DNA from: an uncultured Pseudomonadales bacterium
Lineage (GTDB): Bacteria > Patescibacteriota > Microgenomatia > UBA1400 > Chazhemtobacteraceae
Assembly (NCBI GenBank): GCA_964422035.1
Contig: CAYQZQ010000001.1
Span: 50,528 to 114,527 of the forward strand
Direction of reading: 5' to 3'
Length of the DNA: 64,000 nt
The notes under the pieces were generated by a model that saw only the letters and a list, made by a program, of their open reading frames with translations, was not told the DNA's origin and ran no database searches. Position numbers and translations under genes: made by a program. Positions 46,534-56,283 of this stretch are shown piece after piece. Position 1 is the first letter of the stretch; every line of letters begins with the position of its first letter.

Positions 46534-47025
46534 ATGCAGATAAATTTTTACCCCGATTGTGACAGGAAAGAGGTGGAGACGGTCACCGAAGAATACAAAA
46601 ACTTGTGGGAAGAGAAAGGAGAGTTGATAGAAAAAAGTGTGGAAGAGGTGTCAGGCTTAAAATTTAAAGAAAAGTATATTAATGCAGTGGTCTATCGGTC
46701 TAGTCTGGTTCCACGCTCTTTTCCCTTGAGCCTGCAGGCTATTATATCGGAGGAGGATAAATTGGGGCTATTGGTACATGAGTTGATTCATAGGCTGTTG
46801 TCGGGGAATGATGTTAAGATTGAATATGAAATACATAAAGTGGTGGATTTGATCTTATTTGATGTTTGGGAGAAAGTGGGGGGTGAGGGGTTTGCTCAAA
46901 GAATGGTAGAGAAGGAGAAGAGTTTTGATAACAAGGCATATAAACGGGCCTGGGAGTGGGCTTTGAAGTTGAGTAAGGAAGAGAGGAGTAAAAAGTTTAA
47001 AGAAGTGTTGGGAAATAGCAGTTGA
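46534..47025 (+). CDS. Small HExxH-motif protein (putative minimal zinc metallopeptidase-like)
   Basis: LLVHELIHRLL with downstream Glu/His (EYEIH); 163 aa; no family assigned. Confidence 0.3.
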   Translation: MQINFYPDCDRKEVETVTEEYKNLWEEKGELIEKSVEEVSGLKFKEKYINAVVYRSSLVPRSFPLSLQAIISEEDKLGLLVHELIHRLLSGNDVKIEYEIHKVVDLILFDVWEKVGGEGFAQRMVEKEKSFDNKAYKRAWEWALKLSKEERSKKFKEVLGNSS

Positions 47026-47867
47026 AAGTAGAAAGGGTGAGGACTAAAAATGAAATAGAAGAGAGGTTAAGTAAGAAATTGAGGTACGGATATGAGATGT
47101 ATAATCAAGATATGGCAGAAAAAATTGATTATGAAAAGTTCTATGAAAGAGTGGGAGAGGAAATTGGTTGGGATTTTAGCGAGTTGAAGGTGGAAAAAGA
47201 GGAGAGAAAGTGGAATCTTTATGAAAAGGCTATAAAAAAAGTAGAAGATAGGGGAGAGTTACTTGATATCGGATGCGGAGGAGGCAAGAAGATATTAAAA
47301 GTGGCGGATGCCTTTGACAAAGTTGTAGGAATTGATAGCTCTAAGGCGATGATTAAAAAAGCTAAACAAAATCTTAAAGAGGCTGGAAAAGAGGATGTTG
47401 AGTTTAAGTTGATGGATGCTAAGAGTTTAGAGTTTGAAGATGAAAGTTTTATGGTGATTACTTGTAGACATGCCCCTTTTGAGGCTGATCAGGTTTACCG
47501 GGCTTTGAAAAATGGAGGCTTGTTTATAACTCAGCAAGTATCGTTGGGAGATAAGAGAAATATTAAGGAGGTGTTTGGAAGGGGGCAGGGATGGGGAGAG
47601 GAAGAGGGAAGTTTCAAAAAGAGGTTGTTAAATGAGCTAGAGGAGGCAGGATTTGAGGATATAGAGGTAGATGAGTATGAAGTGGATGAGTTCTATAAAG
47701 AAGCTGAGGACGTAATATTTTTATTAAAACATACTCCAATAGTTGTGGATTTTGGGAAAAAGGAAGGTGATTTTGATAAGCTGGAGAAGTTTATTGAGGA
47801 AAATAAGGAAGAGAGAGGGATTAGAACAACATCAAAACGGTTTATGTTAAGTGGGAGGAAGAGATAG
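47022..47867 (+). CDS. Class I SAM-dependent methyltransferase
   Basis: Motif I LLDIGCGGGKK; acidic post-I VVGIDSS; motif II/III (FMVITCRHAP...LKNGGLF). Confidence 0.75.
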   Translation: MKVERVRTKNEIEERLSKKLRYGYEMYNQDMAEKIDYEKFYERVGEEIGWDFSELKVEKEERKWNLYEKAIKKVEDRGELLDIGCGGGKKILKVADAFDKVVGIDSSKAMIKKAKQNLKEAGKEDVEFKLMDAKSLEFEDESFMVITCRHAPFEADQVYRALKNGGLFITQQVSLGDKRNIKEVFGRGQGWGEEEGSFKKRLLNELEEAGFEDIEVDEYEVDEFYKEAEDVIFLLKHTPIVVDFGKKEGDFDKLEKFIEENKEERGIRTTSKRFMLSGRKR

Positions 47868-47903
47868 TAGTTGAAAAAGGGCAAAGAGGGAGCTTAGGGG
47901 AAA

Positions 47904-48542
47904 TTATTGATTAAGATATTGATTGAAGTTCTTATAAGAAGGCTCAAAATAAAGTCGAGTAAAGATATGGCTAAATTCTTCCTGGTTGGGTTTGGTCTTT
48001 TTAATTTCTTCAAGAAGTTTGAGAAATGTATCTTGGGGAAAGTTATCAAGCAGGATTTTGACTGCCCAGCCGGCTTCAGAATAGATTTCTTTACCTGGCT
48101 TGTTAAAAAAGTCTAAGGACTTAGTTAGTTTTTCAGGCTGGTCTTTCCATTTAAGTTGACCGGATAGGTAGGTGGCGATACCCTCATCTAGCCATCGAGG
48201 CTGGGTGTAGTTGTCGGTTAAGACATAATAAAAGCAATGAGTTAGCTCATGTTTTAGAAGGGCGGCGTATTTGTCTTGTGAATAAGAATGACAACTCTCA
48301 GTTTCGAAGTTTTCTTTATCTAAAAGATAAACGGTGGGGGGAGCAAAAGATGTCCAACCTATGACCCAGTCATCTGTTTTGCGGTCTTTTAATAGATCAA
48401 TGGTTTGGCGATTAGGGACAAGAAAGACTTGAGGTAGGTGATGCTTCCAGCCCAGCTTGAAGAATTGATTTAAGTCTTTGATGGCTTGTTGGTAGGTTTT
48501 TTGCAGTTGTGGGTCTGATAGGGGTTGGAGTTTGTAGAGCAT
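47904..48542 (-). CDS. Gluzincin-type (HExxH...E) putative metallopeptidase, peptidase-MA-like
   Basis: HELTHCFYYV...(18 aa)...EGIATYL is the HEXXH-x18-E gluzincin signature. The ORF-track N-terminal extension (to 48788) overlaps the MTase gene and is probably not translated; the ATG at 48542 (MLYKLQP...) is used here. Confidence 0.45.
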   Translation of the reverse strand: MLYKLQPLSDPQLQKTYQQAIKDLNQFFKLGWKHHLPQVFLVPNRQTIDLLKDRKTDDWVIGWTSFAPPTVYLLDKENFETESCHSYSQDKYAALLKHELTHCFYYVLTDNYTQPRWLDEGIATYLSGQLKWKDQPEKLTKSLDFFNKPGKEIYSEAGWAVKILLDNFPQDTFLKLLEEIKKTKPNQEEFSHIFTRLYFEPSYKNFNQYLNQ

Positions 48543-48583
48543 AGGCTGATTATATAAGAAAAGAGGTTGAGTATAATAAAAAT

Positions 48584-49396
48584 ATGAGTAAGGTTTGGGA
48601 TGAGTTATATAACAAGCAGGGAAAAAAGTATGTAAGCCGGCTGGATGGAGTTGGTAAGCTGGCTGATTTTTGGCAGGAAGAAGAGGTGAAGAATGTATTG
48701 GATGTGGGCTGTGGGAGTGGTAAACATCTGCTAAAGCTAGTTGAAGCAGGATTCGAGGTGACAGGCTTTGATGTCTCCCAGGAGGCAATTAGGTTAGCCA
48801 AAGAGCGCTTCAAAGCAGCAGGAGAAAGGGGAGAGTTTAAGAGGGCTTCGATGTATGAGAGCTGGCCTTATGAGGATAATAGCTTTGGAGCGGTGATGGC
48901 GCTGCGATCTTTTAATCATGGTAACAGGAAACAAATCAGAGAAGCTATTGTGGAGATAAAGAGAGTACTGAAACCGCAGGGTTGGTTTTATATGTCGGTA
49001 TTAAAGATACCAGAAAAGCAGATTAAGACAGACAGGGGGGAAACTACCTTGAATAACTTGCCGGTTAAGATGATTGAGCCACGCACCTATGTACCTTTGG
49101 AGGGGAAAGAGAAGGGTCAGGTTCATTTTATCTTCAACGAGCAGATTCTAAGAGAGGATTTTGAGGATTTTAAGATCGAGGATTTGTGGGTAGAGTACGG
49201 AGAAAAGCAGTGGGAAAAGTATTGGTGTTTATTGGTGAAAAATAGGCAAGCTGGAGAGAAAAAATACAGTCGGAGTTTGAGTAAACTGCAACAAGCGATG
49301 CAAGAGTCAGGAATCAGTGAGGACGAGCTTCAGAAAGCAGGAGAGAAGATTAGAAAGAAGTTAGTCAAGGAGAAAGGTCTTAAGGTTTTGGATTAA
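48584..49396 (+). CDS. Class I SAM-dependent methyltransferase (paralogue A of a three-member family in this window)
   Basis: VLDVGCGSGKHL motif I; C-terminal block ...LRSFNHG...LKPQGWFYM...PRTYVPLEGKEKGQVHFIFN...EDLWVEYGEKQWEKYWCLLVKN shared with the ORFs at 57632 and 56267. Confidence 0.75.
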   Translation: MSKVWDELYNKQGKKYVSRLDGVGKLADFWQEEEVKNVLDVGCGSGKHLLKLVEAGFEVTGFDVSQEAIRLAKERFKAAGERGEFKRASMYESWPYEDNSFGAVMALRSFNHGNRKQIREAIVEIKRVLKPQGWFYMSVLKIPEKQIKTDRGETTLNNLPVKMIEPRTYVPLEGKEKGQVHFIFNEQILREDFEDFKIEDLWVEYGEKQWEKYWCLLVKNRQAGEKKYSRSLSKLQQAMQESGISEDELQKAGEKIRKKLVKEKGLKVLD

Positions 49397-49439
49397 AAGC
49401 TTGTCTTGTAAAAATTTCTAACATACAATAAAGGATATT

Positions 49440-50750
49440 GTGTCAAAAACAATTGAGAAAAAGACTAGTAATTTAAACAAAATAAGAGCGGTATTGATAG
49501 GTTTGTTGTTGTTGGTTCTGGGTGGATTGGGTGGATGGGGAATGGGATATAAAACTGGTAAGCTGCAAAAAGAGAATGGCGGACCTTCATTGCAGGAAGT
49601 AGTAAACAGGCAATCGGGTGAGGAGACGGTTGATTTTAGTTTGTTCTGGGATGTGTGGGGCAGGCTGGAGAGAAGTTTTTTGGATCAGAGTAAGTTGAAC
49701 GCACAGAAGATGGTATATGGAGCGATTGAGGGCATGACTGGTGCTTTGGGTGACCCATACACTTCATTTTTACCTCCTTCGGAGAATAAGCAGACGAAAC
49801 AGGATTTGGCTGGTGAGTTTGCAGGAGTAGGAATTCAGCTGGGATACAAGGATGAGACGTTGGCTGTTATTGCACCCTTGGAGGGGCACCCGGCGATAGA
49901 GCAGGGAGTTGAGGCGGGGGACTTGATACTGCATATTAAAGATGAGAAAAAGGATGTTGATATAGATACTAAGGGAATGAGTTTGCCGGAAGCGGTAAGC
50001 ATAATCAGAGGTAAAAAAGGAGAACCGGTAACTTTAACTTTATATAGTAAAGGAGACGAAGAGGAAAGAGAGGTAACAATTGTTAGAGATACAATCGTTG
50101 TACCAACTGTTGAGTTGGTTTTTGTTGGTAGAGCAGGAGAAACTGTTGAGTCGGGTACATCGTATGCTCATCTTAAGGTAGCCAGATTTGGTGAAAAAAC
50201 TGCTTCGGAGTGGGAGGATGCAGTTGATCAAATTGTGGCAAGAGGTGATGTCGGCGGAGTAGTTTTGGATATGCGCAATAACCCGGGTGGATATCTGCAA
50301 AGAGCGGTTGATCTGGCAGGTGAGTTTGTAAGCTCAGGCTCAGTAGTAGTGCAAGAGGAGGGGAGAGAGAAGACTGTTGAGTTTAAATCAGATAGAAGAG
50401 GCAGGCTTTTAAATGTACCCTTAGTGGTTTTGGTAAATGAAGGTAGCGCCTCGGCTAGTGAGATACTGGCAGGAGCTTTGCGTGACCAGGTAGGGGCTAA
50501 ACTGGTAGGGGAGAATACATTTGGAAAAGGGACAGTGCAAGAAGCCCAGGAGTTGAGAGATGGGGCAGGGTTGCATGTAACTATTGCCAGGTGGCTATTG
50601 CCAAGTGGTGAAAATATTCATGAGACAGGACTTGAACCGGATGTAGTGGTAGAAAATGAACGGGTAGATGGTGAGTTGGTAGACAAGCAACTGCAAAAAG
50701 CGATTGAGGTATTAGATGAGCAAAGTATGGTGGCAGGACTTGAAAATTAG
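49440..50750 (+). CDS. ctpA: Carboxyl-terminal processing protease (S41, CtpA/Prc-like)
   Basis: N-terminal TM anchor, PDZ domain, S41 catalytic region (RNNPGGYLQRAVDLAGEFV...LVNEGSASASE with Ser/Lys dyad context). Confidence 0.8.
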   Translation: MSKTIEKKTSNLNKIRAVLIGLLLLVLGGLGGWGMGYKTGKLQKENGGPSLQEVVNRQSGEETVDFSLFWDVWGRLERSFLDQSKLNAQKMVYGAIEGMTGALGDPYTSFLPPSENKQTKQDLAGEFAGVGIQLGYKDETLAVIAPLEGHPAIEQGVEAGDLILHIKDEKKDVDIDTKGMSLPEAVSIIRGKKGEPVTLTLYSKGDEEEREVTIVRDTIVVPTVELVFVGRAGETVESGTSYAHLKVARFGEKTASEWEDAVDQIVARGDVGGVVLDMRNNPGGYLQRAVDLAGEFVSSGSVVVQEEGREKTVEFKSDRRGRLLNVPLVVLVNEGSASASEILAGALRDQVGAKLVGENTFGKGTVQEAQELRDGAGLHVTIARWLLPSGENIHETGLEPDVVVENERVDGELVDKQLQKAIEVLDEQSMVAGLEN

Positions 50751-50775
50751 AAAAACAAGGACTTAAATAATAAAT

Positions 50776-51918
50776 ATGAAGAAGTTTCTATTGGGACTGG
50801 CAGTTTCGGTTTTAATTATTTTTTCGGCCTTGGGTGGAGCGATTGCTGACAGATTATTTGTAATAAGACCACTTGATAGGATAACAGGAGGAGAAAAGGA
50901 ACAGGTAAGAAAACTGGAGCAGAGGGTAGTGAATGAGGAAAGTGTGGTTATTGATGTGGCTAGTAAGGCGTCACCGTCGGTGGTGACTGTGTCAATACAA
51001 AAGGAGAGGAGAATAGTGGAGCCGCTTTTTGAAGACCCATTTGGCTTGTTTAATGTGCCCGGTGAGCAGAGATTGGAGACGATTGAGAGGGATATAGGAA
51101 CAGGATTTGTAATTGAGGGGGGTTTGATTGTAACCAACAAGCATGTTGTGGCTGACAGTGAGGCTGAGTATGAGGTAATTGATAATGAGGAAAACCGCTA
51201 TCAGGTGAGCGATATTTATAGAGATCCGGTTAATGATCTGGCTATTTTGCAGGCTAAGAGTTCAGAGAGTTTGCCGGCTTTACAGATGGGGGATTCGGAT
51301 AATATTCAAGTTGGTCAGTTTGCCATGGCAATTGGAACTGCTTTGGGTGAGTTTAGGCATACGGTGACTACGGGGGTTATATCGGGAGTGGGTAGAGGTA
51401 TTCAGGCGCAAGCATCAGGTTATTTTGAAAGTCTTGATAATGTGATCCAAACTGATGCGGCTATCAACCCGGGCAACTCAGGAGGACCGCTTTTAAACTC
51501 TGCTGGTCAGGTGGTGGCGGTGAATGTGGCGGTGGCGGGAGCGGCTGAGAATATTGGTTTTGCTATTCCTATAAATGTAGTTAAGGAAAGTGTGGAGACA
51601 TTTCAGGAGACGGGCAGATTTGAGAGAGCCAGATTGGGGGTTAGATACCAGATGATAAGTAGAGAAGTGGCGGTATTAAACGAGGTACCGCAAGGAGCGT
51701 ATATTGTGCAGGTAACGGAGGGAGGGCCTGCTGATAAAGCTGGTATTCAAAGAGGAGAGATAATTGTTAGTGTTGATGGACAGAAAGTTAGTGAAGTTAA
51801 GGGTGGCTTGGCGGGAATTATTAACAAGAAAAGAGTGGGTGAGAGGATAAGAGCTGAGATTTGGGGGGAGGGAGAACAGACATCAGTTGAGCTAAGACTG
51901 GAGACGATAGAAGAGTAG
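50776..51918 (+). CDS. htrA: HtrA/DegP-family trypsin-like serine protease with PDZ domain
   Basis: Catalytic His (VTNKHVV), Asp, Ser (GNSGGPLLNSAGQVVAVN); single C-terminal PDZ domain; N-terminal TM anchor. Confidence 0.9.
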   Translation: MKKFLLGLAVSVLIIFSALGGAIADRLFVIRPLDRITGGEKEQVRKLEQRVVNEESVVIDVASKASPSVVTVSIQKERRIVEPLFEDPFGLFNVPGEQRLETIERDIGTGFVIEGGLIVTNKHVVADSEAEYEVIDNEENRYQVSDIYRDPVNDLAILQAKSSESLPALQMGDSDNIQVGQFAMAIGTALGEFRHTVTTGVISGVGRGIQAQASGYFESLDNVIQTDAAINPGNSGGPLLNSAGQVVAVNVAVAGAAENIGFAIPINVVKESVETFQETGRFERARLGVRYQMISREVAVLNEVPQGAYIVQVTEGGPADKAGIQRGEIIVSVDGQKVSEVKGGLAGIINKKRVGERIRAEIWGEGEQTSVELRLETIEE

Positions 51919-52701
51919 TTGGATTTTTGTAAATTTGGGTGTATATTGAAGTCAATGAAAAAAGAACATATTGCAGTAGCAGTTTTATTTTTAATTATTG
52001 GTCTGTCATTTGGTTATCTTCTAAACTCCAGCCAATTGGGAATAAACAAGGGTGAGGAGATAGCGACAAGTAAGCAAGAGGGTGAAGAGGAAAAAATTGG
52101 AGGAGAGAGAGACGAGCAAGGCTGTTTGGCAGCGGCTGGTTATGCGTATGATGAAGAAATTGGGGCTTGTATTCGTGATTGGGAGCTAAATGAGAATCAA
52201 AAAGATGGAGCTAAAATAGCGGTTGATTATTTGGATAAGGATAAAGTAACGGTAGTTGAGGTTTTGGAGAGTAGTATTTCTGGCACGTATAGAGTAGTGG
52301 TGAATATGGCTGATGACCAAAGGGTAACGGTGGATATTGCGGATGGGGAAGTGATTGAGGTAGATGGAGAAGTTGTTGTGCGAGAAGAAAAAGTTGACTA
52401 TGAGGAGATAGCGCGACTAGTAGAGGTAGCCTTACAAGATAAGCATGGATGGGAAGAGGGGGAGATGAAGGTTGAGGTTAACTGGAGTGATGGTGAGTGG
52501 GCTAAGGGTGGGGTGAGTCCGACTGAGGGTAGAATTGGCGGGGCGATGTGGTTTGCCGGCAAGGTTGATGGCGAGTGGGAGATTATCTGGGATGGTAATG
52601 GAACGGTGATGTGTGAGGATGTAGATAGCTTTGCAAAGCAAGTACCAACAAGCCTGATAGAGGAGTGTTATCAGGAAGGCAGTGGAATGATTAAGCGTTA
52701 A
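51919..52701 (+). CDS. Hypothetical membrane-anchored acidic protein
   Basis: TM segment (IAVAVLFLIIGLSFGYLL) then an acidic beta-rich domain; no motif recognised. Confidence 0.4.
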   Translation: MDFCKFGCILKSMKKEHIAVAVLFLIIGLSFGYLLNSSQLGINKGEEIATSKQEGEEEKIGGERDEQGCLAAAGYAYDEEIGACIRDWELNENQKDGAKIAVDYLDKDKVTVVEVLESSISGTYRVVVNMADDQRVTVDIADGEVIEVDGEVVVREEKVDYEEIARLVEVALQDKHGWEEGEMKVEVNWSDGEWAKGGVSPTEGRIGGAMWFAGKVDGEWEIIWDGNGTVMCEDVDSFAKQVPTSLIEECYQEGSGMIKR

Positions 52702-52703
52702 AA

Positions 52704-53636
52704 TTAGGAAAGTTGTTTGTGGGTGATTTTGATGACTTTTTTGAGTTGGCCGTCTAGGATGTCACCCAGTTGGTGCCAACTTTGATTTATTCTGTGGTCG
52801 GTGACGCGGTTTTGAGGAAAGTTGTAGGTGCGGATTTTTTCAGCTCTATCGCCGGTGCCAACAGCCTGAGAACGGGTTTTTTTAAGTTTTTGCTGTTGTT
52901 CTTGTTGTTTTTTGTTCCAGAGGATTTGGCGTAGGCGCTCTAGAGCAATTTCCCGGTTTCTTTGCTGGGTTCTTTCCTGCCTGACAGAGACAACTTCGCC
53001 GCTTGGTTTGTGGGTGAGGCGAACAGCGGTGGCTACTTTGTTGACGTTTTGGCCGCCTGGTCCGCCGGAGCGGGAGAAGTTCCATTCTAGCTCAGAGTCT
53101 TTGAGTTCTACTTGTTGGGGGTTGATTTCTGGAAGTACGGCAACGGTAGCGGTTGAGGTATGTATACGTCCTTGCGACTCTGTTTGGGGGACTCGTTGTA
53201 CGCGATGGACGCCAGCTTCGTGTTTAAAGGTTCCGTAAGGGCCCAGAGACCAGTCTTTGGGGTTGCCTGAGACTTTGATAACTCCATTATCAATGAGTTG
53301 AACTTTAAAACCGATTGATCGAGCAAAGCGGGTGTACATTTGTTGGAGATCTTCAGCGAAAAGCTTGGCTTCATCACCACCGGCAGCACCTTTGATCTCG
53401 ATGGTGGCAGGTTTGTCATCAAAGCTGGCTTGAGCTTGTTTTTTTTGTTTGCTTTTGAGGGATTTTTGAATATCTTTGAGAGATTTTTGCAGAACTTGTT
53501 TTTGTTGTTTAAGTTGGGAAATTTCTTGTTGGGCGAGATTTTTGAGGGATTTGTCTTCTAAAAGCTGAGTGTTTTCTTTGATTTTTTCCTCTACCTGATT
53601 GATCTGTTTTTTAAGATAGTCTAGTTGGTTGGACAT
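52704..53636 (-). CDS. prfA: Peptide chain release factor 1
   Basis: RF1 tripeptide motif PQT (PxT) in RVQRVPQTESQGRIHTS; GGQ motif SGGPGGQNVNKVATAVRLTH; downstream of rpmE as in many bacteria. Confidence 0.85.
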   Translation of the reverse strand: MSNQLDYLKKQINQVEEKIKENTQLLEDKSLKNLAQQEISQLKQQKQVLQKSLKDIQKSLKSKQKKQAQASFDDKPATIEIKGAAGGDEAKLFAEDLQQMYTRFARSIGFKVQLIDNGVIKVSGNPKDWSLGPYGTFKHEAGVHRVQRVPQTESQGRIHTSTATVAVLPEINPQQVELKDSELEWNFSRSGGPGGQNVNKVATAVRLTHKPSGEVVSVRQERTQQRNREIALERLRQILWNKKQQEQQQKLKKTRSQAVGTGDRAEKIRTYNFPQNRVTDHRINQSWHQLGDILDGQLKKVIKITHKQLS

Positions 53637-53669
53637 ATGTATAGTTTATACAAAAAAGAGGAGGAAGGT

Positions 53670-53984
53670 TTACTCTTTGCTCTCTTTGACCTGCTGTTGA
53701 AGCATGTCTTTTAGGGTCTTGGGTTGTTGGTCTTTGTCGGGTTGAGTCTTTTGTTCTTTTTTCTTATTTTTGCCTTGTTTTTTGGCAGCTTCCATTTTTT
53801 GACGGAATTTTTCTACACGTCCCTGGGTATCGATGTATTTAACTTCTCCGGTGAAGAAAGGGTGGCAAGCTGAGCAGATCTCAACGTTGATTTTCTCTTG
53901 AGTGGAGCCGGTGGTAAAAGTGTTGCCACAAGCACACTCTACTTTGGCATCTGAGTAGTATTTGGGATGTATTTTGGATTTCAT
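53670..53984 (-). CDS. rpmE: 50S ribosomal protein L31 (zinc-ribbon form)
   Basis: [10 protein letters not shown]...CACGNTF...[10 protein letters not shown]; C4 zinc ribbon; K-rich C-terminal extension. Confidence 0.9.
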   Translation of the reverse strand: MKSKIHPKYYSDAKVECACGNTFTTGSTQEKINVEICSACHPFFTGEVKYIDTQGRVEKFRQKMEAAKKQGKNKKKEQKTQPDKDQQPKTLKDMLQQQVKESKE

Positions 53985-54089
53985 AACAGAGTGTATTTTA
54001 ACATAGGTAGAGGCATGAAGCTAGTTATGGAAGGCTAGTTTGCTTTATATTTGTCCGAGAGAGTGGATTTTGTGTCACTTGTCACAGGT

Positions 54090-54118
54090 TTGACAACTAT
54101 AGGGTATTGTAGTAGAAT
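54090..54118 (+). promoter_or_regulatory. Sigma70-type promoter (TTGACA-17-TAGAAT) for the 54.1-58.3 kb cluster, preceded by a TGTCAC direct repeat
   Basis: TTGACA 54090-54095, TAGAAT 54113-54118. TGTCACTTGTCAC immediately upstream (54072-54084) is a possible operator. Confidence 0.45.
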
Positions 54119-54150
54119 CAAGGCTAATTATATATTATTGAAAGGGTAGA

Positions 54151-55236
54151 GTGATAACTAGTTTAACTTTATCTGATCTGAGGGACAAATATCAAATACC
54201 TGAGAATGATATAGTATTGCAGACTCTAAATATATGTGGAATTAAAGCTGCGATGGAACATAAAAGAGTGAGGTTGAGGTTGAGGGTTGAGGATTCGGGG
54301 AAGGAATATTTTTTGGCTATTTGTGTGAATACGCGGGAAACACCTTTTGTGTATAAGGATGGCTATATTTGGTTTGAGGAAAAAAAATGGGGAAAAGTTT
54401 TATCCTTGAAAAATGATACTTGTGATCAGACGTATTTGAGAAAAGGCGGCAAACACTTAACTTTAAACTCTAACTCTAGAAGTTTATGTAAGGGTTGCAG
54501 GTTTTGTGGGACTTATAGTTTGAAAGAAGAAGATATATCTAATTTTAATACTAAAGAAAAAGTGGTGGATCACATAAAAGAGGTTGTAATCGGCAAGAAC
54601 GGTATGGAAGATTTGTCTAATCTGGATTCGATCGGTGTTTGTACGGGGTGTTTTGTAGATGGTCAGGCAGCTGTAGAGCATATCATTATGTTAAATAAAG
54701 TTTTGTGCGAAGAATTTGGTTTTGAGGGAGAGGTTCAATATATTGGCTCTCAAATAATTGAGACAAAACAACTTGATAGGTTAAAGAGAGAGGGGATAGA
54801 TTTGGCTTTGTATTTAACAATAGAATGTTTTGAGCGTAGGAAAAAGTTTTTAAAGCCTGTGAAGGCATCTATTTCTTTGGAGGATGCTTATGAAGTGTTG
54901 GAATATGCTATGGAAAAAGAGTTTAACACCAGTTTTTTGTATATTTTAGGACTAGATTCGTTAAAATCAATTAGGAAATACTTTGAGTACTTTAAGCCGG
55001 TAATAACTCGTTTTCCATTGCTGAATCTAATGCAGAATTATGTACCGAACCATGAGAGCTTGAGAAACAAAAAGGCGGATAAGATAGATTATTATCTGAA
55101 AGCGAGGAAGTTGCTAGAAGAAATTTTTATAGATAGTAATTTTAGACCGAGGGATTGGGAGAATTATCGCTCTCCTTGGTATACTAGCTTTGCTGGAGAA
55201 AAATTAATAAAAACACCCTTATATGAATCCAAATAA
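54151..55236 (+). CDS. Hypothetical protein with a CxxCxxC cysteine cluster (possible Fe-S or radical-SAM-like enzyme)
   Basis: 361 aa; SLCKGCRFCGTY (C-x2-C-x2-C) plus GVCTGCF. Alternating beta/alpha pattern compatible with a TIM-barrel-type fold. No confident family. AT-rich. Confidence 0.45.
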   Translation: MITSLTLSDLRDKYQIPENDIVLQTLNICGIKAAMEHKRVRLRLRVEDSGKEYFLAICVNTRETPFVYKDGYIWFEEKKWGKVLSLKNDTCDQTYLRKGGKHLTLNSNSRSLCKGCRFCGTYSLKEEDISNFNTKEKVVDHIKEVVIGKNGMEDLSNLDSIGVCTGCFVDGQAAVEHIIMLNKVLCEEFGFEGEVQYIGSQIIETKQLDRLKREGIDLALYLTIECFERRKKFLKPVKASISLEDAYEVLEYAMEKEFNTSFLYILGLDSLKSIRKYFEYFKPVITRFPLLNLMQNYVPNHESLRNKKADKIDYYLKARKLLEEIFIDSNFRPRDWENYRSPWYTSFAGEKLIKTPLYESK

Positions 55237-55723
55237 AGCAAAAAAGTATTGGATGGCTTTGAAGGATATAGCGGGAATAGATTTTGCAGTTGGAGTTCCT
55301 TGTGGTGTTCAAAAATATTTGATTGAAGAGATTGAGAAAGAAGAATCGATTAAGAATATAACCACGGCGCGTGAATCAGAAGCGGTGGGAGTGGCTGCAG
55401 GATCATTTTTATCAGGAAAGACACCGTTAGTCTACCTACAAAATTCTGGATTATTGGACTCAATGAATGATGTAGGTTCTCTACTAATTTCTTATCAGAT
55501 CCCGATGCTGTTTTCAGTGACTTGGAGAGGCGCGCCGGGAGAGAGTGCACCACACCACTGGTATACAGGAAAGGCTACCAAGGATGTATTGAGGGCTTTT
55601 GAGATTCCTTTCGTAGTGCTCGATTTAAATGAGCCTAGTGAGGTTGTAAAGATAGCAAGTAGTTATGTTAAGAGAGGGCAATCAGTAATGATTTTAATAA
55701 TTAGAGAAAGATTTAATCAATGA
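55223..55723 (+). CDS. Thiamine-diphosphate enzyme, N-terminal (PYR) subunit, sulfopyruvate/phosphonopyruvate-decarboxylase alpha-like (ComD-like)
   Basis: 166 aa; pattern GIDFAVGVPCGVQKYL...ARESEAVGVAAGSFLSGK..LVYLQNSGL typical of split ComD/Ppd alpha subunits. Confidence 0.65.
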   Translation: MNPNKAKKYWMALKDIAGIDFAVGVPCGVQKYLIEEIEKEESIKNITTARESEAVGVAAGSFLSGKTPLVYLQNSGLLDSMNDVGSLLISYQIPMLFSVTWRGAPGESAPHHWYTGKATKDVLRAFEIPFVVLDLNEPSEVVKIASSYVKRGQSVMILIIRERFNQ

Positions 55724-56283
55724 AAAGGAAACAAGCAATTGAGATAATTGACAAGGTTTTAGGTGAAGGAGTGCCGATTATAAGCTCGACAGGGTTGATG
55801 AGTCGGCAGCTGTTTGACATGAATGATACGGTGAACCATTTTTATATGACAGGTTCAATGGGTTTGGCGGGAGCTATAGGTTTTGGTTTGGCATTAAATA
55901 GCAAACAAAAAATTGTTGTATTAGAAGGAGATGCTAGTTTATTGATGAATTTAGGAGTGATGACGACTATTTGTCGTTACAAACCAGAAAATTTAATTCA
56001 TATAGTTCTTGATAATCAAGCATATGCCTCGTGTAGTGAAGAAAAATCGGCCTCTTCAGTGATTGCTTTGGAAAAGTTGGCCAAGGTGGCGGGATACGAA
56101 GAGATTGTGAAGGTTTCTACAATTAAAAAATTGGAGAATACTCTGGAAATGGTGTTGGGTGAAAAAGGTCCAATATTTGTTTTGGTTGAAATTGATTTAG
56201 GAGGCAGGAGAGATTTGCCTAGACCAATAGATTTACCAGGAATAGCGAAGAGATTTAAAAAATATATTGAGAAAAATGAATAA
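55720..56283 (+). CDS. Thiamine-diphosphate enzyme, C-terminal (PP) subunit, ComE/Ppd beta-like
   Basis: 187 aa; TPP-binding GDG-x(25)-N-like motif (LEGDASLLMNLGVMTTICRYKPENLIHIVLDNQAY); overlaps the alpha gene by 4 nt. Confidence 0.65.
   Translation: MKRKQAIEIIDKVLGEGVPIISSTGLMSRQLFDMNDTVNHFYMTGSMGLAGAIGFGLALNSKQKIVVLEGDASLLMNLGVMTTICRYKPENLIHIVLDNQAYASCSEEKSASSVIALEKLAKVAGYEEIVKVSTIKKLENTLEMVLGEKGPIFVLVEIDLGGRRDLPRPIDLPGIAKRFKKYIEKNE

Noticed and set aside
47904-48788. Full 294-aa minus-strand ORF as annotated by the ORF track
   Set aside because: The N-terminal 82 codons overlap the convergent MTase gene start (48584+) and translate to low-complexity P/H/S-rich sequence. The internal ATG at 48542 followed by the HExxH domain is the plausible start.
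52704-53636. Alternative genetic code (UGA recoding) suggested by RF1 being the only release factor in the window
   Set aside because: TGA clearly terminates well-supported genes (mreB, topA and others), so the standard code applies. RF2 is simply not in this window.
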